From the NCBI GenBank assembly GCA_965279035.1, contig OZ257142.1, forward strand, positions 2,240,001 through 2,304,000: a stretch of 64,000 bases of DNA, written 5' to 3'. Both the position numbers and the translations under genes were made by a program. This document shows positions 49,484 to 59,792 of the stretch, in pieces (position 1 is the first letter of the stretch; each line of letters begins with the position of its first letter). The notes under the pieces are model-generated. The model saw nothing but the letters and a program-made list of their open reading frames with translations, was not told the DNA's origin and searched no databases. The stretch comes from Bacteroidia bacterium (GTDB lineage Bacteria; Bacteroidota; Bacteroidia; M30B66).

Positions 49484-52144
49484 TCAGGGTTCTTCGAATA
49501 AACGCATCTGAGGTTCATCACCTTCAAGGTCGATGATCACATTGGGTTTGTTGGAAATTGGATTTTCAGCTTCAGATTGGCCATCATTTTCAATTTCATC
49601 AACTTCTTCTGGTTCTGGCTCTGGCAAAGATTCTAGCGGAATAATTTTCTTCGGTTCATGGGTTGAAAGTCTTTTTCCTTTTGCCTTCAAACCTTTTACT
49701 GCTATAAATTCTTCCAATAAAATTTCCTGAGCATTCCGTTCAAATTTGCCCATTTTACCAAATTCCAATTGTACGCGAGGAAACGTATCGGTCGACACAA
49801 ATTCCAAACGCGAATTGGGATGCTCCGAAATAAACACCGTTTTCTTATCAGTGGTTTCAATCAAAAATCGTTTCACCATGTATTCTTTGCTTTCCCCATC
49901 ATAATAGATGGCAGAGACAGGTTGACGTTGATCGAAAAATCCCAATTGAATCAAATCTTCATCGAAGTGAGTACTTGGATCTGGATCGTACAATTTATAT
50001 GTTCCACTTTGCATCAAAGCGAGAATCTTATCGCCCGCGGCAAATGAACCAAGTAATTCGCCTCTGCCTTCTGCATTCAAACGCTTCACAGCATCGTCCC
50101 ACCAAATTTGACGAGCACTCAACGTGGATTGGCCTTTTTCTTTAAGGATGATTTTTCGAATCGGAATTTTGGTCATGATATTTCCACCTGCACCACGTCC
50201 TTTAATAGCCAAAGTTCCAAAATCAAACTCGAACACTGTCTTTTTCAGTTTCGGTCGAGGTTTTAGGAAAATCTGAAGTGTTTCAACTTCTCCATTCGGA
50301 TTCGCACTCAAATAAATAACACGACTGCCTTTGGTTCCTTTGGTCATATCGTATTCCTTATCGCGGATAACGCCGCTAATGGCAAAACGTTTCACATAAT
50401 AAGGACCTGTTTTGCCATCTTGATACACTAAATTGTAGGTTGTACGATCGTCATTTTTCCGAAATACGTTGATGTGTAAAATGTCTTTTCCAACAAAGGC
50501 TTTGTCGCTAATCTTCGAAATGATCATTTTCCCATCAGCACGCATCACTACGATATCATCAATATCCGAACACTCGCATACATATTCATCTTTCTTAATG
50601 TTGAAACCTGCAAAGCCTTCTTCACGGTTTACATACAACTTTTCGTTATTGATAACCACTTTCGAGGCTTCAATCGTATCGAACAAACGAATCTCCGTTT
50701 TACGTTCACGACCAGCTCCATATTTCTTTTTCAGATTCTGATACCAAGCAATGGTATATTCGGTAAGGCTGGCAAGATGATTTTCGCATGTAGCAATTTT
50801 ATCTTCCAATCCTTTGATATACTCATCCGCTTTAAATGCATCGAATTTCGAAATACGTTTAATTCGGATTTCTGTCAAACGAACGATGTCATCTTGTGTC
50901 ACATCGCGACGTAGTTTTTTTCGAAATGGTTTTAATCCTTTGTCGATTGCTTCAATTACAGCTTCCCAGGTTTCGCACTCTTCAATATCGCGATAGATGC
51001 GTTCTTCGATGAATATTTTTTCGAGGGAACTAAACTGCCACTGCTCCTCGAGTTCCATTTTTTCAATCTCGAGTTCGCGCTTTAAAAGTTGTTTCGTATT
51101 CGAAACTGAAAGCGTTAATATTTCTGAAATTCCGACAAAACGTGGTTTATCATTTTCGATGATAACCGCATTGGGTGAAACAGAAATCTCGCAGGATGTT
51201 AAAGCATAAAGTGCGTCAATGGTTTTATCAGGAGAAATGCCTGGCGGAAGATGTACAAGTATTTCTACTTGATCGGAAGTATTGTCTTCAATCTTTTTGA
51301 TTTTGATCTTTTCCTTGTCATTCGCCGCAAGAATAGAATCGATGAGCGATCCTGTAGTTGTACCGAAGGGAAGATCAGTTATGATTAAGGTATTTTTATC
51401 GAGCTGAGAAATTTTAGCACGTATACGCACTTTTCCTCCACGAGCTCCATCGTTGTACTTACTAAAATCGGCCATTCCACCCGTTACAAAATCGGGAAAT
51501 AGTTCGAATGGTTTGTTTTTTAGAACAGCAATACTTGCATCTAACAGTTCAATGAAATTATGAGGCAAGATTTTACAAGCTAGCCCAACAGCAATTCCTT
51601 CCACACCTTGAGCTAACAAAAGTGGGAATTTTACTGGAAGCGTGATTGGTTCTTTATTACGCCCATCGTAACTCAACTGCCAATGCGTTGTTTTGGCGTT
51701 GAAGAGAATTTCACTTGCCAATTTCGACAAACGAGCTTCTATGTAACGAGGCGCTGCTGCTGAATCTCCGGTGTAAATGTTCCCCCAGTTTCCTTGACAA
51801 TCGATGAGTATATCTTTCTGTCCAAGTTGAACTAAGGCATCACCAATAGAAGCATCCCCATGCGGGTGATATTTCATAGTATGCCCAATCACATTGGCTA
51901 CTTTATTATATCGACCATCATCCAACTCCTTCATTGCATGAAGAATCCGACGTTGAACGGGTTTTAATCCATCTTCAATATAAGGTACAGCGCGCTCAAG
52001 AATAACATAGGATGCGTAATCGAGAAACCAATTCTCGTACATGCCAGATACATGCGTGATACGCTCCTGAGAACCACCATCATCGGTTGATTCTCCGTTA
52101 GGTTCAAGCTGTTCGTTTAAGTCTTCAGGTGTTTCTTCGGCCAT
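49484..52144 (-). CDS. parC: DNA topoisomerase IV subunit A (Bacteroidota type)
   Basis: DYASYVILERA, DGLKPVQRR, YHPHGD and AAPRY motifs. Confidence 0.9.
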   Translation of the reverse strand: MAEETPEDLNEQLEPNGESTDDGGSQERITHVSGMYENWFLDYASYVILERAVPYIEDGLKPVQRRILHAMKELDDGRYNKVANVIGHTMKYHPHGDASIGDALVQLGQKDILIDCQGNWGNIYTGDSAAAPRYIEARLSKLASEILFNAKTTHWQLSYDGRNKEPITLPVKFPLLLAQGVEGIAVGLACKILPHNFIELLDASIAVLKNKPFELFPDFVTGGMADFSKYNDGARGGKVRIRAKISQLDKNTLIITDLPFGTTTGSLIDSILAANDKEKIKIKKIEDNTSDQVEILVHLPPGISPDKTIDALYALTSCEISVSPNAVIIENDKPRFVGISEILTLSVSNTKQLLKRELEIEKMELEEQWQFSSLEKIFIEERIYRDIEECETWEAVIEAIDKGLKPFRKKLRRDVTQDDIVRLTEIRIKRISKFDAFKADEYIKGLEDKIATCENHLASLTEYTIAWYQNLKKKYGAGRERKTEIRLFDTIEASKVVINNEKLYVNREEGFAGFNIKKDEYVCECSDIDDIVVMRADGKMIISKISDKAFVGKDILHINVFRKNDDRTTYNLVYQDGKTGPYYVKRFAISGVIRDKEYDMTKGTKGSRVIYLSANPNGEVETLQIFLKPRPKLKKTVFEFDFGTLAIKGRGAGGNIMTKIPIRKIILKEKGQSTLSARQIWWDDAVKRLNAEGRGELLGSFAAGDKILALMQSGTYKLYDPDPSTHFDEDLIQLGFFDQRQPVSAIYYDGESKEYMVKRFLIETTDKKTVFISEHPNSRLEFVSTDTFPRVQLEFGKMGKFERNAQEILLEEFIAVKGLKAKGKRLSTHEPKKIIPLESLPEPEPEEVDEIENDGQSEAENPISNKPNVIIDLEGDEPQMRLFEEP

Positions 52145-52252
52145 GGCTGGCAAAAATAGAAAACAAGGGCGCTTTTTTACCCAGTGTTTCGCAATGAGTT
52201 GTTAACAATAACAGTGATTTAAGCTACTTTCGCTTGGAAACTTTTTTGACAA

Positions 52253-53245
52253 ATGGAATCATTCATGAATAGGAAGAAATACTTGCACATACTGTTCAAA
52301 TGCTTTCTCATCCTGAATTTCCTAATTCTAGATGCTACATTGTTTGCTCAACTCAATGAGATTGAAGATTTCGGATCTAATCCGGGAGCATTGCGTTGCT
52401 ATTATTATATCCCCCAATCTGCACCGAAATCAAATATTCCTTTACTCATCGTTCTGCATGGCTGTGGACAAACAGCCTATGAAGTATCCAACCAATCGGG
52501 CTGGAATAAATTAGCCGATTCGATCGGAATGATTGTCGTTTATCCTCAGCAGCATTTGTTGAATAATCCTTCGCGTTGCTATAATTGGTTTAAAGAAGAA
52601 GATATTGTGCGAGGTCATGGAGAAGTAGAATCCTTGCATCAAATGCTAACATACTTCAAAACACACTATGAAGTAGATGATCGTCGTGTGTTTGTTTTTG
52701 GAATGTCGGCAGGAGCAACGATGGGAACAATTTTGATGGCTGCATATCCAGAGGAAATTACGGCAGGTTGTTCTTTGGCAGGACCTGCAATTGGAACTTG
52801 GGAAGGCAGTTTATCGCAGATGAAATCCTTGTATGAATCGGAAGAATACATACCCAAATCGTTTTTAGACAAACTTCGAAAATGTTACCCCGGTTATAAG
52901 GGACCTTATCCTTTGTTGATAAGTGTACATGGTGGAATTGATATATTGGTAACTGTCGAAGATCAGATGGATCAGATTTCCCAATGGACTGCCGCTTCTG
53001 GTTCTGATGCCATTCCTGAAAAGAGAGAAGTTATCTTTGAAAATCCTCGTGTAACACGAAGTTCGTATTCAAATGTAGATGGAAAGACAGTCGTGGTTGC
53101 ATATCAAATTGACGGTGTTGGACATATTTTGCCAATCAATGTAGGTGATCGATTGGACGAAGGTGGAAAGACAGGCTTGTTTACAAAAGATATTGGTTTT
53201 CATCTTCCTTTTTGGATTGCTAGGGAATTTGGGTTGATTAATTAA
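52253..53245 (+). CDS. PHB depolymerase-family (LpqC-like) exported esterase
   Basis: FGSNPG, LHGC oxyanion motif, GMSAG nucleophile elbow, HG..D and GH. Confidence 0.85.
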   Translation: MESFMNRKKYLHILFKCFLILNFLILDATLFAQLNEIEDFGSNPGALRCYYYIPQSAPKSNIPLLIVLHGCGQTAYEVSNQSGWNKLADSIGMIVVYPQQHLLNNPSRCYNWFKEEDIVRGHGEVESLHQMLTYFKTHYEVDDRRVFVFGMSAGATMGTILMAAYPEEITAGCSLAGPAIGTWEGSLSQMKSLYESEEYIPKSFLDKLRKCYPGYKGPYPLLISVHGGIDILVTVEDQMDQISQWTAASGSDAIPEKREVIFENPRVTRSSYSNVDGKTVVVAYQIDGVGHILPINVGDRLDEGGKTGLFTKDIGFHLPFWIAREFGLIN

Positions 53246-53400
53246 TGTGCTGGTTAGTTAATGTGCTGATTAGTTAATGTGCTGGTGTGCTAGTTTGTTG
53301 ATGTGCTGGTTATCCCGATAACTATTGGGAGATGTGCTGATTCCAATGCTATTGGATTGCTGATGTGAAACAACACGCAGCCCCGGAATTCATTCCGGGG
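53242..53400. repeat. composite repeat tract: ATGTGCTG tandem units, degenerate CCGATAGCTATCGG palindromes and a REP-like hairpin
   Basis: ttaatgtgctggttag / ttaatgtgctgattag / ttaatgtgctgg...; tcccgataactattggga at 53313-53330; ccccggaa-ttca-ttccgggg at 53381-53400. Confidence 0.7.
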
Positions 53401-53513
53401 TCATTAGTGTGCATTACTGCAGCAGTTAAACAAAATCCCTATAGCTTTGGATTAAAATAGTTTTTGAGTTAAATGATGAATGAACTCGATATATTTTGAA
53501 GCTTTCAGATTCG

Positions 53514-53525
53514 GCAAACGCTTTC
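53514..53525 (+). promoter_or_regulatory. possible LacI-family operator
   Basis: GCAAACGCTTTC fits GnAAnCGnTTnC, upstream of a sugar MFS gene. Confidence 0.35.
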
Positions 53526-53605
53526 CCTTTCATTTTATTCCTGATTTGTTGAGGATGTTTCGAATTGTGTATTTTGCGGTGTTAAATTGACACTAATATC
53601 ATTTC

Positions 53606-54958
53606 ATGGGACCACGCACTGAAAACAGACGACTTTCTTTCCGCCAAATTTGGAATATGAGTTTTGGATTTTTAGGGATTCAGTTTGGATTTGCATTGCA
53701 GAATGGAAATGCATCCTCGATCCTTCAAAATTTTGGAGCGCATGTGGAAGAGCTTTCTTGGTTTTGGCTTGTGGCACCTTTTACAGGGATGATTGTTCAA
53801 CCCATTATTGGACATTATAGCGATCGCACTTGGAATCGTTTGGGAAGAAGAAAACCTTACTTTTTAGTTGGCACTTTGATATGTTGTTGCGCGCTTTTGT
53901 TGTTGCCTAATTCGGGAGTGTTTTTCGTGGGTAAAATGGCACTGTTTATTGGTGCGATGTTTTTAATGTTGATGGATGCGAGTATCAATGTAGCGATGGA
54001 GCCATTTCGTGCTTTGGTGGCGGATAATCTTCCAGACAACCAACGAACATTGGGGTTTTCAATACAAACATTTCTCATTGGCGTTGGAGCTGTAGTTGGT
54101 TCTTGGTTGCCTTGGATTTTGAAAAATTGGTTTCATGTTTCAGCATCTGCTCCTGCAGGACAAGTTGCCGATAACGTGATTTATTCCTTCTACTGCGGTG
54201 CTGCAGTTTTCCTCTTTGCTATTTTGGTTACAATCATTCGAACACGTGAATATCCACCTGCAGAATATGCCGAAATACATGGTCATGCAGAAGAAGAAAA
54301 AACAGGATTAAGTCAAATTTTTAAAGACTTCTCTAAAATGCCGAAGACTATGCGGCAGTTAGGTCTTGTGCAATTTTTTAGCTGGTTTGCTTTATTTAGT
54401 ATGTGGGTTTTTACAACGCCTGCTATTGCTCAACATATATATCATCTTCCAGTTGGTGATACTTCTTCTGATCAATTTCGGGATGCTGGTGCTTGGGTTG
54501 GAATTATTTTCGGAGTGTATAATTTGATTTCAGCAATTTATGCTTTGTTGCTTCCTTCTATTGCTGCTCGATTTGGCCGAAGAAATACACATGCATTTTC
54601 ACTTATCTGTGGTGGTTTAGGATTGATATCGATGTATTTCGCTCCGAATAAAGAATTTTTGATTTTCTCAATGATTGGTGTTGGCTTAGCCTGGGCAAGT
54701 ATTTTGGCTATGCCTTATGCCATATTAGCGGGTTCAATTCCTGCAGGAAAAATGGGTGTTTACATGGGAATATTTAATTTTTTCATCACCATTCCTCAAA
54801 TTGTTAACGGTATTTTCGGTGGACCAATCGTCAAATATTTCTATAATTCTGAAGCTATTTACGCCATCATTTTAGCTGGTATTTTCATGATTCTTGGGGC
54901 AGTTAGTTCCTTCTATGTTCAGGATGCAACAACCATTAATATGAATGATAAACGTTAG
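53606..54958 (+). CDS. MFS maltose/alpha-glucoside transporter (MalT/SLC45-like)
   Basis: WNMSFGFLGIQFG, QPIIGHYSDRT, EPFRAL and GVYMGIFN motifs; about 12 TM. Confidence 0.9.
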   Translation: MGPRTENRRLSFRQIWNMSFGFLGIQFGFALQNGNASSILQNFGAHVEELSWFWLVAPFTGMIVQPIIGHYSDRTWNRLGRRKPYFLVGTLICCCALLLLPNSGVFFVGKMALFIGAMFLMLMDASINVAMEPFRALVADNLPDNQRTLGFSIQTFLIGVGAVVGSWLPWILKNWFHVSASAPAGQVADNVIYSFYCGAAVFLFAILVTIIRTREYPPAEYAEIHGHAEEEKTGLSQIFKDFSKMPKTMRQLGLVQFFSWFALFSMWVFTTPAIAQHIYHLPVGDTSSDQFRDAGAWVGIIFGVYNLISAIYALLLPSIAARFGRRNTHAFSLICGGLGLISMYFAPNKEFLIFSMIGVGLAWASILAMPYAILAGSIPAGKMGVYMGIFNFFITIPQIVNGIFGGPIVKYFYNSEAIYAIILAGIFMILGAVSSFYVQDATTINMNDKR

Positions 54959-55069
54959 TTTCAATTCTACTTTTTGAAATTAATTTGATAATTGAAATTC
55001 ATTCGTTAAAAAGCTGGATCTGATTTTCTTTATTTGTTGATTCTTAAATTCATTTCAACTATAGACTCA

Positions 55070-56422
55070 ATGAAAATTCAATACGCTGCATTTCTATTTT
55101 TAGCGGCACTTTCAGGTAATGTAAATGGACAATGGAATGCAATGAATCCCATGTCGACAATACGAGCTGGGCATATTTCAGCTGCATTAAATAATGGAAA
55201 TGTTTTAGTTGCAGGTGGTTGGGATTATACTACCAATCTCAAAACGGCCGAAGTATTTGATGCATCTTCCAATTCTTGGTCGAGCACTCCAGAAATGTCA
55301 AGTGAACATTACAATGCCGCTTCTGTTACACTTGATAATGGACAGGTGCTCGTCATTGCTGGATACACTGGAACATTTAATACAGAAACTTGTGAACTCT
55401 ATGATCCATCAAGCAATACCTGGTCATCGGCAGGCGATTTAACTCAAGGTCGTTCCTTTTTTACTGCCACTAAATTATCCGATGGTAAAGTGCTTGTTGT
55501 AGGTGGATTTGATGGAAGCAATAATTTATCATCATGCGAAATTTATGACCCAGCATTAAATTCTTGGTCAGCTGCAAGTTCATTAAATACAGGTCGATCA
55601 TATCATATTGCTGCATTATTAGGCAACGGAAAAGTGCTTATTGCTGGTGGATATAATCCCAATGCGGGCTACCAATTAAGCTCAACCGAATTGTACGACC
55701 CTGTTGAAAATTCTTGGTCGGCTGGTCCTGATATGCTTACTGCACGCGACTTTCATGCAGCATCAACCTTAGGTGATGGAAGCATTTTAGTGACTGGTGG
55801 ACGTTATTTTAATGGATCTACAAATTTCGCCTACAATGGATTATCATCTGCCGAAAGGTATAATCCAGCAAGCAATTCTTGGACTACGTTTCCTTCAATT
55901 CCCTCTGGTATTTCATATCATCAACAGGTTACATTGGGCGATGGAAATGTATTAGTCATTGCTGGAGTAGATAGTTCTAATTATTCATCCGGAACAGGAT
56001 TTACTACTTTCCCCACAACAACCTATTTGTTACATCCAATTTCGGGTATTTGGGAGGAAACTTCAATGATTCAAGATTCACGCTATGAACATGGAGTAAC
56101 AGTAATGACTGATGGAAATGCCTTGGTTACTGGTGGAGTTGATGCTTCTGTTGAATTATTTGGATCAATTACAAACATTAAATCAGTGAAGAATTCTTCT
56201 ATTGCTTTAAACATTTTTCCAAATCCCGGAAAAGGGTTAATTCGAGTAGAAAGCCCGATTCCATCGAAAGGAATTGTTGTTTATGATCTATTAGGTAAAA
56301 AAGTGAATGTTCCATTTCAATTAATGGAACATGGATTTATTCTCAATACAGAAAATTTAAAAGCTGGTTGTTATTTGGTTTGCTCCGATAATTTAAAGCA
56401 ACGCTTAATCATAGAAAATTGA
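55070..56422 (+). CDS. Kelch-repeat beta-propeller protein with T9SS CTD
   Basis: About six to seven repeats of L.DG.VLV.GG...E.YDP..N.W; C-terminal IFPNP...YDLLG...G.Y; likely start at 55070. Confidence 0.88.
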   Translation: MKIQYAAFLFLAALSGNVNGQWNAMNPMSTIRAGHISAALNNGNVLVAGGWDYTTNLKTAEVFDASSNSWSSTPEMSSEHYNAASVTLDNGQVLVIAGYTGTFNTETCELYDPSSNTWSSAGDLTQGRSFFTATKLSDGKVLVVGGFDGSNNLSSCEIYDPALNSWSAASSLNTGRSYHIAALLGNGKVLIAGGYNPNAGYQLSSTELYDPVENSWSAGPDMLTARDFHAASTLGDGSILVTGGRYFNGSTNFAYNGLSSAERYNPASNSWTTFPSIPSGISYHQQVTLGDGNVLVIAGVDSSNYSSGTGFTTFPTTTYLLHPISGIWEETSMIQDSRYEHGVTVMTDGNALVTGGVDASVELFGSITNIKSVKNSSIALNIFPNPGKGLIRVESPIPSKGIVVYDLLGKKVNVPFQLMEHGFILNTENLKAGCYLVCSDNLKQRLIIEN

Positions 56423-56442
56423 TGAAATTTGATTTCAATAAT

Positions 56443-56475
56443 AAAAGGCTTGGGAAATATTACTCAGGCCTTTTT
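56443..56475 (+). terminator. intrinsic terminator
   Basis: aaaaggcttggg / ctcaggcctttt stem followed by a T-run. Confidence 0.65.
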
Positions 56476-56523
56476 AATTGCTTTATTTCAATTTTAACCT
56501 AATCAATTTCATTAATCAATAAA

Positions 56524-57804
56524 ATGAATTCGACTTACCATTATACCAATGCCGAAGAAGCACTTTTATTAATTCAATCTCAAACACGTGTTTTTCTTCA
56601 TGGCAGCGCAGCTACTCCTATTTATTTAATAAATAAATTGCTTCAGGAGAAAGATCGACTTCAAGATGTTGAATTAATAAGCATTACGCTACAAGGTGTA
56701 GACTTAAATAAGGAAGAACTTCGGGGGCATTTTTACATCAATTCCCTGTTTGTATCGGAGGCAACACGCAAATCGGTGAACAATAGCATGGGCGATTATA
56801 TTCCCGTTTTTCTCAGTGAAATTCCTCAGCTCTTTCGACAAACTATTTTACCTATCGACGTTGCTATCATACATGTTTCTCCTCCCGATAAACATGGCTA
56901 TTGCTCATTAGGAACATCGGTCGATATAGCAAAATCAGTTGTTGAAACTGCATCGAAGATTATTGCTCAAGTAAATCCAAACATGCCGCGTGTTCATGGA
57001 GATTCTTTTGTGCATTTTAGTCGATTCGATGCTGCTGTTTGGGAGAATGAACCTTTACCTGAAATTATTACATCAAAGAAAAATGAAGATATTCATGATC
57101 AAATTGCTCATTATGTTGCCGAATTAGTTGAAGACGGAGCAACCCTTCAATTGGGAATTGGAAGCATACCAGATTCGGTTTTAAAGAAATTGACAAATCA
57201 TAAAAACCTAGGACTTCATACCGAAATGTTTTCGGATGGAGTGATCGATTTAATACAAAGTGGAACAATCAATAACAGTCAGAAAAAAATTGTTCAAGGC
57301 TATTGTGTAACAGCATTTATGTTTGGTACCAAACGCTTGTATGATTTTGCCGATGATAATCCAATCATTAAAGCCATGGATATTAGTTATGTGAACGATC
57401 CAAGGGTAATTTGTTTAAATCCCAAAGTAACAGCTATCAACAGTGCGATAGAAGTGGATATTACAGGACAAGTTTGTTCCGATTCGATTGGAACCTATCA
57501 ATATTCTGGAATAGGTGGACAGATGGATTTTATTCGAGGTGCTGCCTTATCAGAAAGAGGGAAGCCAATCATTGCCATTCCGTCACGAACAAATAAAGGA
57601 ATTTCGCGCATTGTACCTTTTTTAAAACAAGGAGCTGGTGTAGTTACCACTCGTGGACATATTCATTGGGTAGTAACTGAGTATGGTTCGGTGAATTTAT
57701 TCGGAATGAATATGGAACAACGTGCTCAATCACTAATATCTATTGCGCATCCAGAAGATAGAGAATTACTGGAGAAAGAATCGTATGCTCGTTTCAAACG
57801 TTAA
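56524..57804 (+). CDS. acetyl-CoA hydrolase/4-hydroxybutyrate CoA-transferase family protein
   Basis: LQLGIG, HTEMFSDG, SGIGGQMDF and VTEYG motifs. Confidence 0.9.
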   Translation: MNSTYHYTNAEEALLLIQSQTRVFLHGSAATPIYLINKLLQEKDRLQDVELISITLQGVDLNKEELRGHFYINSLFVSEATRKSVNNSMGDYIPVFLSEIPQLFRQTILPIDVAIIHVSPPDKHGYCSLGTSVDIAKSVVETASKIIAQVNPNMPRVHGDSFVHFSRFDAAVWENEPLPEIITSKKNEDIHDQIAHYVAELVEDGATLQLGIGSIPDSVLKKLTNHKNLGLHTEMFSDGVIDLIQSGTINNSQKKIVQGYCVTAFMFGTKRLYDFADDNPIIKAMDISYVNDPRVICLNPKVTAINSAIEVDITGQVCSDSIGTYQYSGIGGQMDFIRGAALSERGKPIIAIPSRTNKGISRIVPFLKQGAGVVTTRGHIHWVVTEYGSVNLFGMNMEQRAQSLISIAHPEDRELLEKESYARFKR

Positions 57805-58083
57805 GATTATTGAATACTTGCTGAATTCAAATATGTTAATTTTGAAATGCACTTCATGTTGAATTAATTTACTTGAATTTATGCAAGAGGTAATATCTAT
57901 AATTTACCAGATAAATGCCAGATATAGTAATAGATTATCATATATAACAGTGAGACTTTCGCTTACTTATAAGTTGCCTTATTTTGTCTATTTATTTTGA
58001 ATGGAATCTAATATAACTCGCAGTATCAAATACATCTTTCCAATTCAATCATAAATTGAATAAACATAGTTATATATAAATGG

Positions 58084-58109
58084 AAAGTCCACCAATGGAT
58101 GGACTTTTT
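58084..58109. terminator. possible bidirectional terminator
   Basis: aaagtcca-N8-tggacttt inverted repeat between convergent genes. Confidence 0.45.
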
Positions 58110-58198
58110 AATATAATTGAAAAAACAATTAAAATGAATTTTGAATGCGAACTTTATAAAAACCCATTTTGCTAATTAAATGATGAGAATAGGCAGAG

Positions 58199-58489
58199 TT
58201 ATTTTTCAGGTTTAATATATTGTTGTAAGGCACTTACATAATTTTGGAAAGCTTGGATTCCTTTTTTTGTGATCGAACATTTCGTTAAAGGATATTTTCC
58301 TTTAAATGTCTTTTCGACTTTTATATAATCGGCCTCTTGTAATTTATCAATTTGCACACTGATATTCCCTGAAGTAGCATTCGTTTTCTCTTTAATGAAG
58401 GAAAACTCAGCTTCTTCAACAGAAACCAACAAAGAAATAATTGCTAGTCTAAGTTGAGAATGAAGTAATGGATCTAAGTTTTGGAACAT
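58199..58489 (-). CDS. winged helix-turn-helix (HTH_34/ArsR-like) regulator
   Basis: LDPLLHSQLRLAI, T.GN.S..KL..A.YI...K.F.G..P.T motifs. Confidence 0.88.
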   Translation of the reverse strand: MFQNLDPLLHSQLRLAIISLLVSVEEAEFSFIKEKTNATSGNISVQIDKLQEADYIKVEKTFKGKYPLTKCSITKKGIQAFQNYVSALQQYIKPEK

Positions 58490-58501
58490 TAAATTCTAGA
58501 A

Positions 58502-59074
58502 TTATTTTGTTTCAGCTTTTTCATTTGACCTTAGTATAATTCCGGGTATAATAAAGGCAAATAAAACTCCGGCAGCCAATAATAGTAATTGAATTTGATA
58601 ATCAACGAAAAAGCCAATTATAGCAAGAATCCAACACACAAGTGCACCTAGTTGAAATGCTTTAATTTTGAAAGCTCCTCCTGAAACAAATGTAGTTATT
58701 GCATAGAAGCATAGAATGATTGGAAACGTATATATTCCAATTTTATTAGCAAAAAATAGGATGATGAAAAGCGATATTCCAAATGCCATCCACATGCTTA
58801 ACAGCAAACTTTCTATATGTGTTTTAACATTCTCTTTTTTCTTCTGTTTGCGAATAAGAATCAATTGAATAAGTATAGCTAACGGGATAAAAATTACCCA
58901 TCCTATACCAGAATTCATATTCTGCCCCACAAGCAAAATATATTGCAAGATACTAGCTAAGAACACTGCACATCCCCAGAGTATATAATAAGGACTATCA
59001 TCGTAAAAACGTCTTTGTGCTGTTTTTACCATTTGCGCAATTAAATCCAGGTTTTGTTTGTTTGAATTTTCCAT
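58502..59074 (-). CDS. membrane protein partner of the wHTH regulator
   Basis: N-terminal L.LI..M, LWG and about 6 TM segments; 12 bp from the wHTH gene. Confidence 0.75.
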   Translation of the reverse strand: MENSNKQNLDLIAQMVKTAQRRFYDDSPYYILWGCAVFLASILQYILLVGQNMNSGIGWVIFIPLAILIQLILIRKQKKKENVKTHIESLLLSMWMAFGISLFIILFFANKIGIYTFPIILCFYAITTFVSGGAFKIKAFQLGALVCWILAIIGFFVDYQIQLLLLAAGVLFAFIIPGIILRSNEKAETK

Positions 59075-59097
59075 TTTGTTAAGTTATAAACATGGCA

Positions 59098-59125
59098 CGA
59101 ATGTAGACTAGTTTATAATATAAAC
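59098..59125 (-). promoter_or_regulatory. -7 box and palindromic operator for the membrane protein-wHTH operon
   Basis: cgaatgta (TACATTCG on the - strand) at 59098-59105; perfect GTTTATA-A-TATAAAC at 59111-59125. Confidence 0.5.
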
Positions 59126-59662
59126 CAAAATTATTAAACGAAATTTTTCAAATAAATGAGATTGCGTGAAGCATGTAGCTGTTTATGAGTAGTTTAGTTA
59201 AGTGTCAATTTGAAATACCATTTGAATTATTCTATTCCTTTTAAGTTTAAAAGGTTATACCCACTAAATGAAATCAATGAAGATTTTATAATCATCTATT
59301 TACAAGCATTTATACTATCAATAATTATTGACTATTAGTTATTGTGAATAAACAAGCATAGCAAAGTCAGTTACCTATAGCATTTTGGGGTTTAAATTTT
59401 CGTGTTTCCTAAAACATTAACTGTTTTCCTCAGTTGATCTCAGAAAGTGATTAATTGAAGGTGGTAAGAATATTAATTTGTTTAAAAATACTAATTCGTC
59501 AAATGAGAAGGGGAATTAGTTTTGGGTAGAGAAAAGCTTCTTCGGAGCAGAGAAATAACCCACAATTTTTTTAGCGATAGAATCGCAATATGCTATTGAT
59601 TTCAAAATAACCTTGTTTCCAGAAATAAGAAAAACCAATTAACATGATGAGCTTTTTGCGTT

Positions 59663-59736
59663 TAGCGGAGAAAGATTCCCTCTGAGCGGATGTATAACAC
59701 TCAACGATTTTTCCTGATGGCACCGCAATCTTCTCC
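59663..59736 (-). pseudogene. degenerate tandem copy of tRNA-Ser
   Basis: Collinear with the intact tRNA: gcggagaaaga, cggatgtataacactcaacg vs cggaggtataaccctcaacg, caccgcaatc vs cgccgcaatc, and ttctcc. T-arm and anticodon are disrupted and the D-arm is largely deleted. Confidence 0.8.
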
Positions 59737-59758
59737 AATTACACTATTGATTAAAATG

Positions 59759-59787
59759 AAAAAGCCCATCAACATGATGGGCTTTTT
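59759..59787 (-). terminator. terminator of tRNA-Ser
   Basis: aaaaagcccatca-aca-tgatgggcttttt perfect stem. Confidence 0.8.
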
Positions 59788-59792
59788 GCGTT

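Noticed and set aside
53242-53400. possible CRISPR array
   Set aside because: Units are only 8-16 bp with no unique 30-40-bp spacers, and no cas genes are present.
57805-59760. intact prophage or integrative element at tRNA-Ser
   Set aside because: No integrase, phage or conjugation genes, and the duplicated tRNA segment is only 130 bp from the gene.
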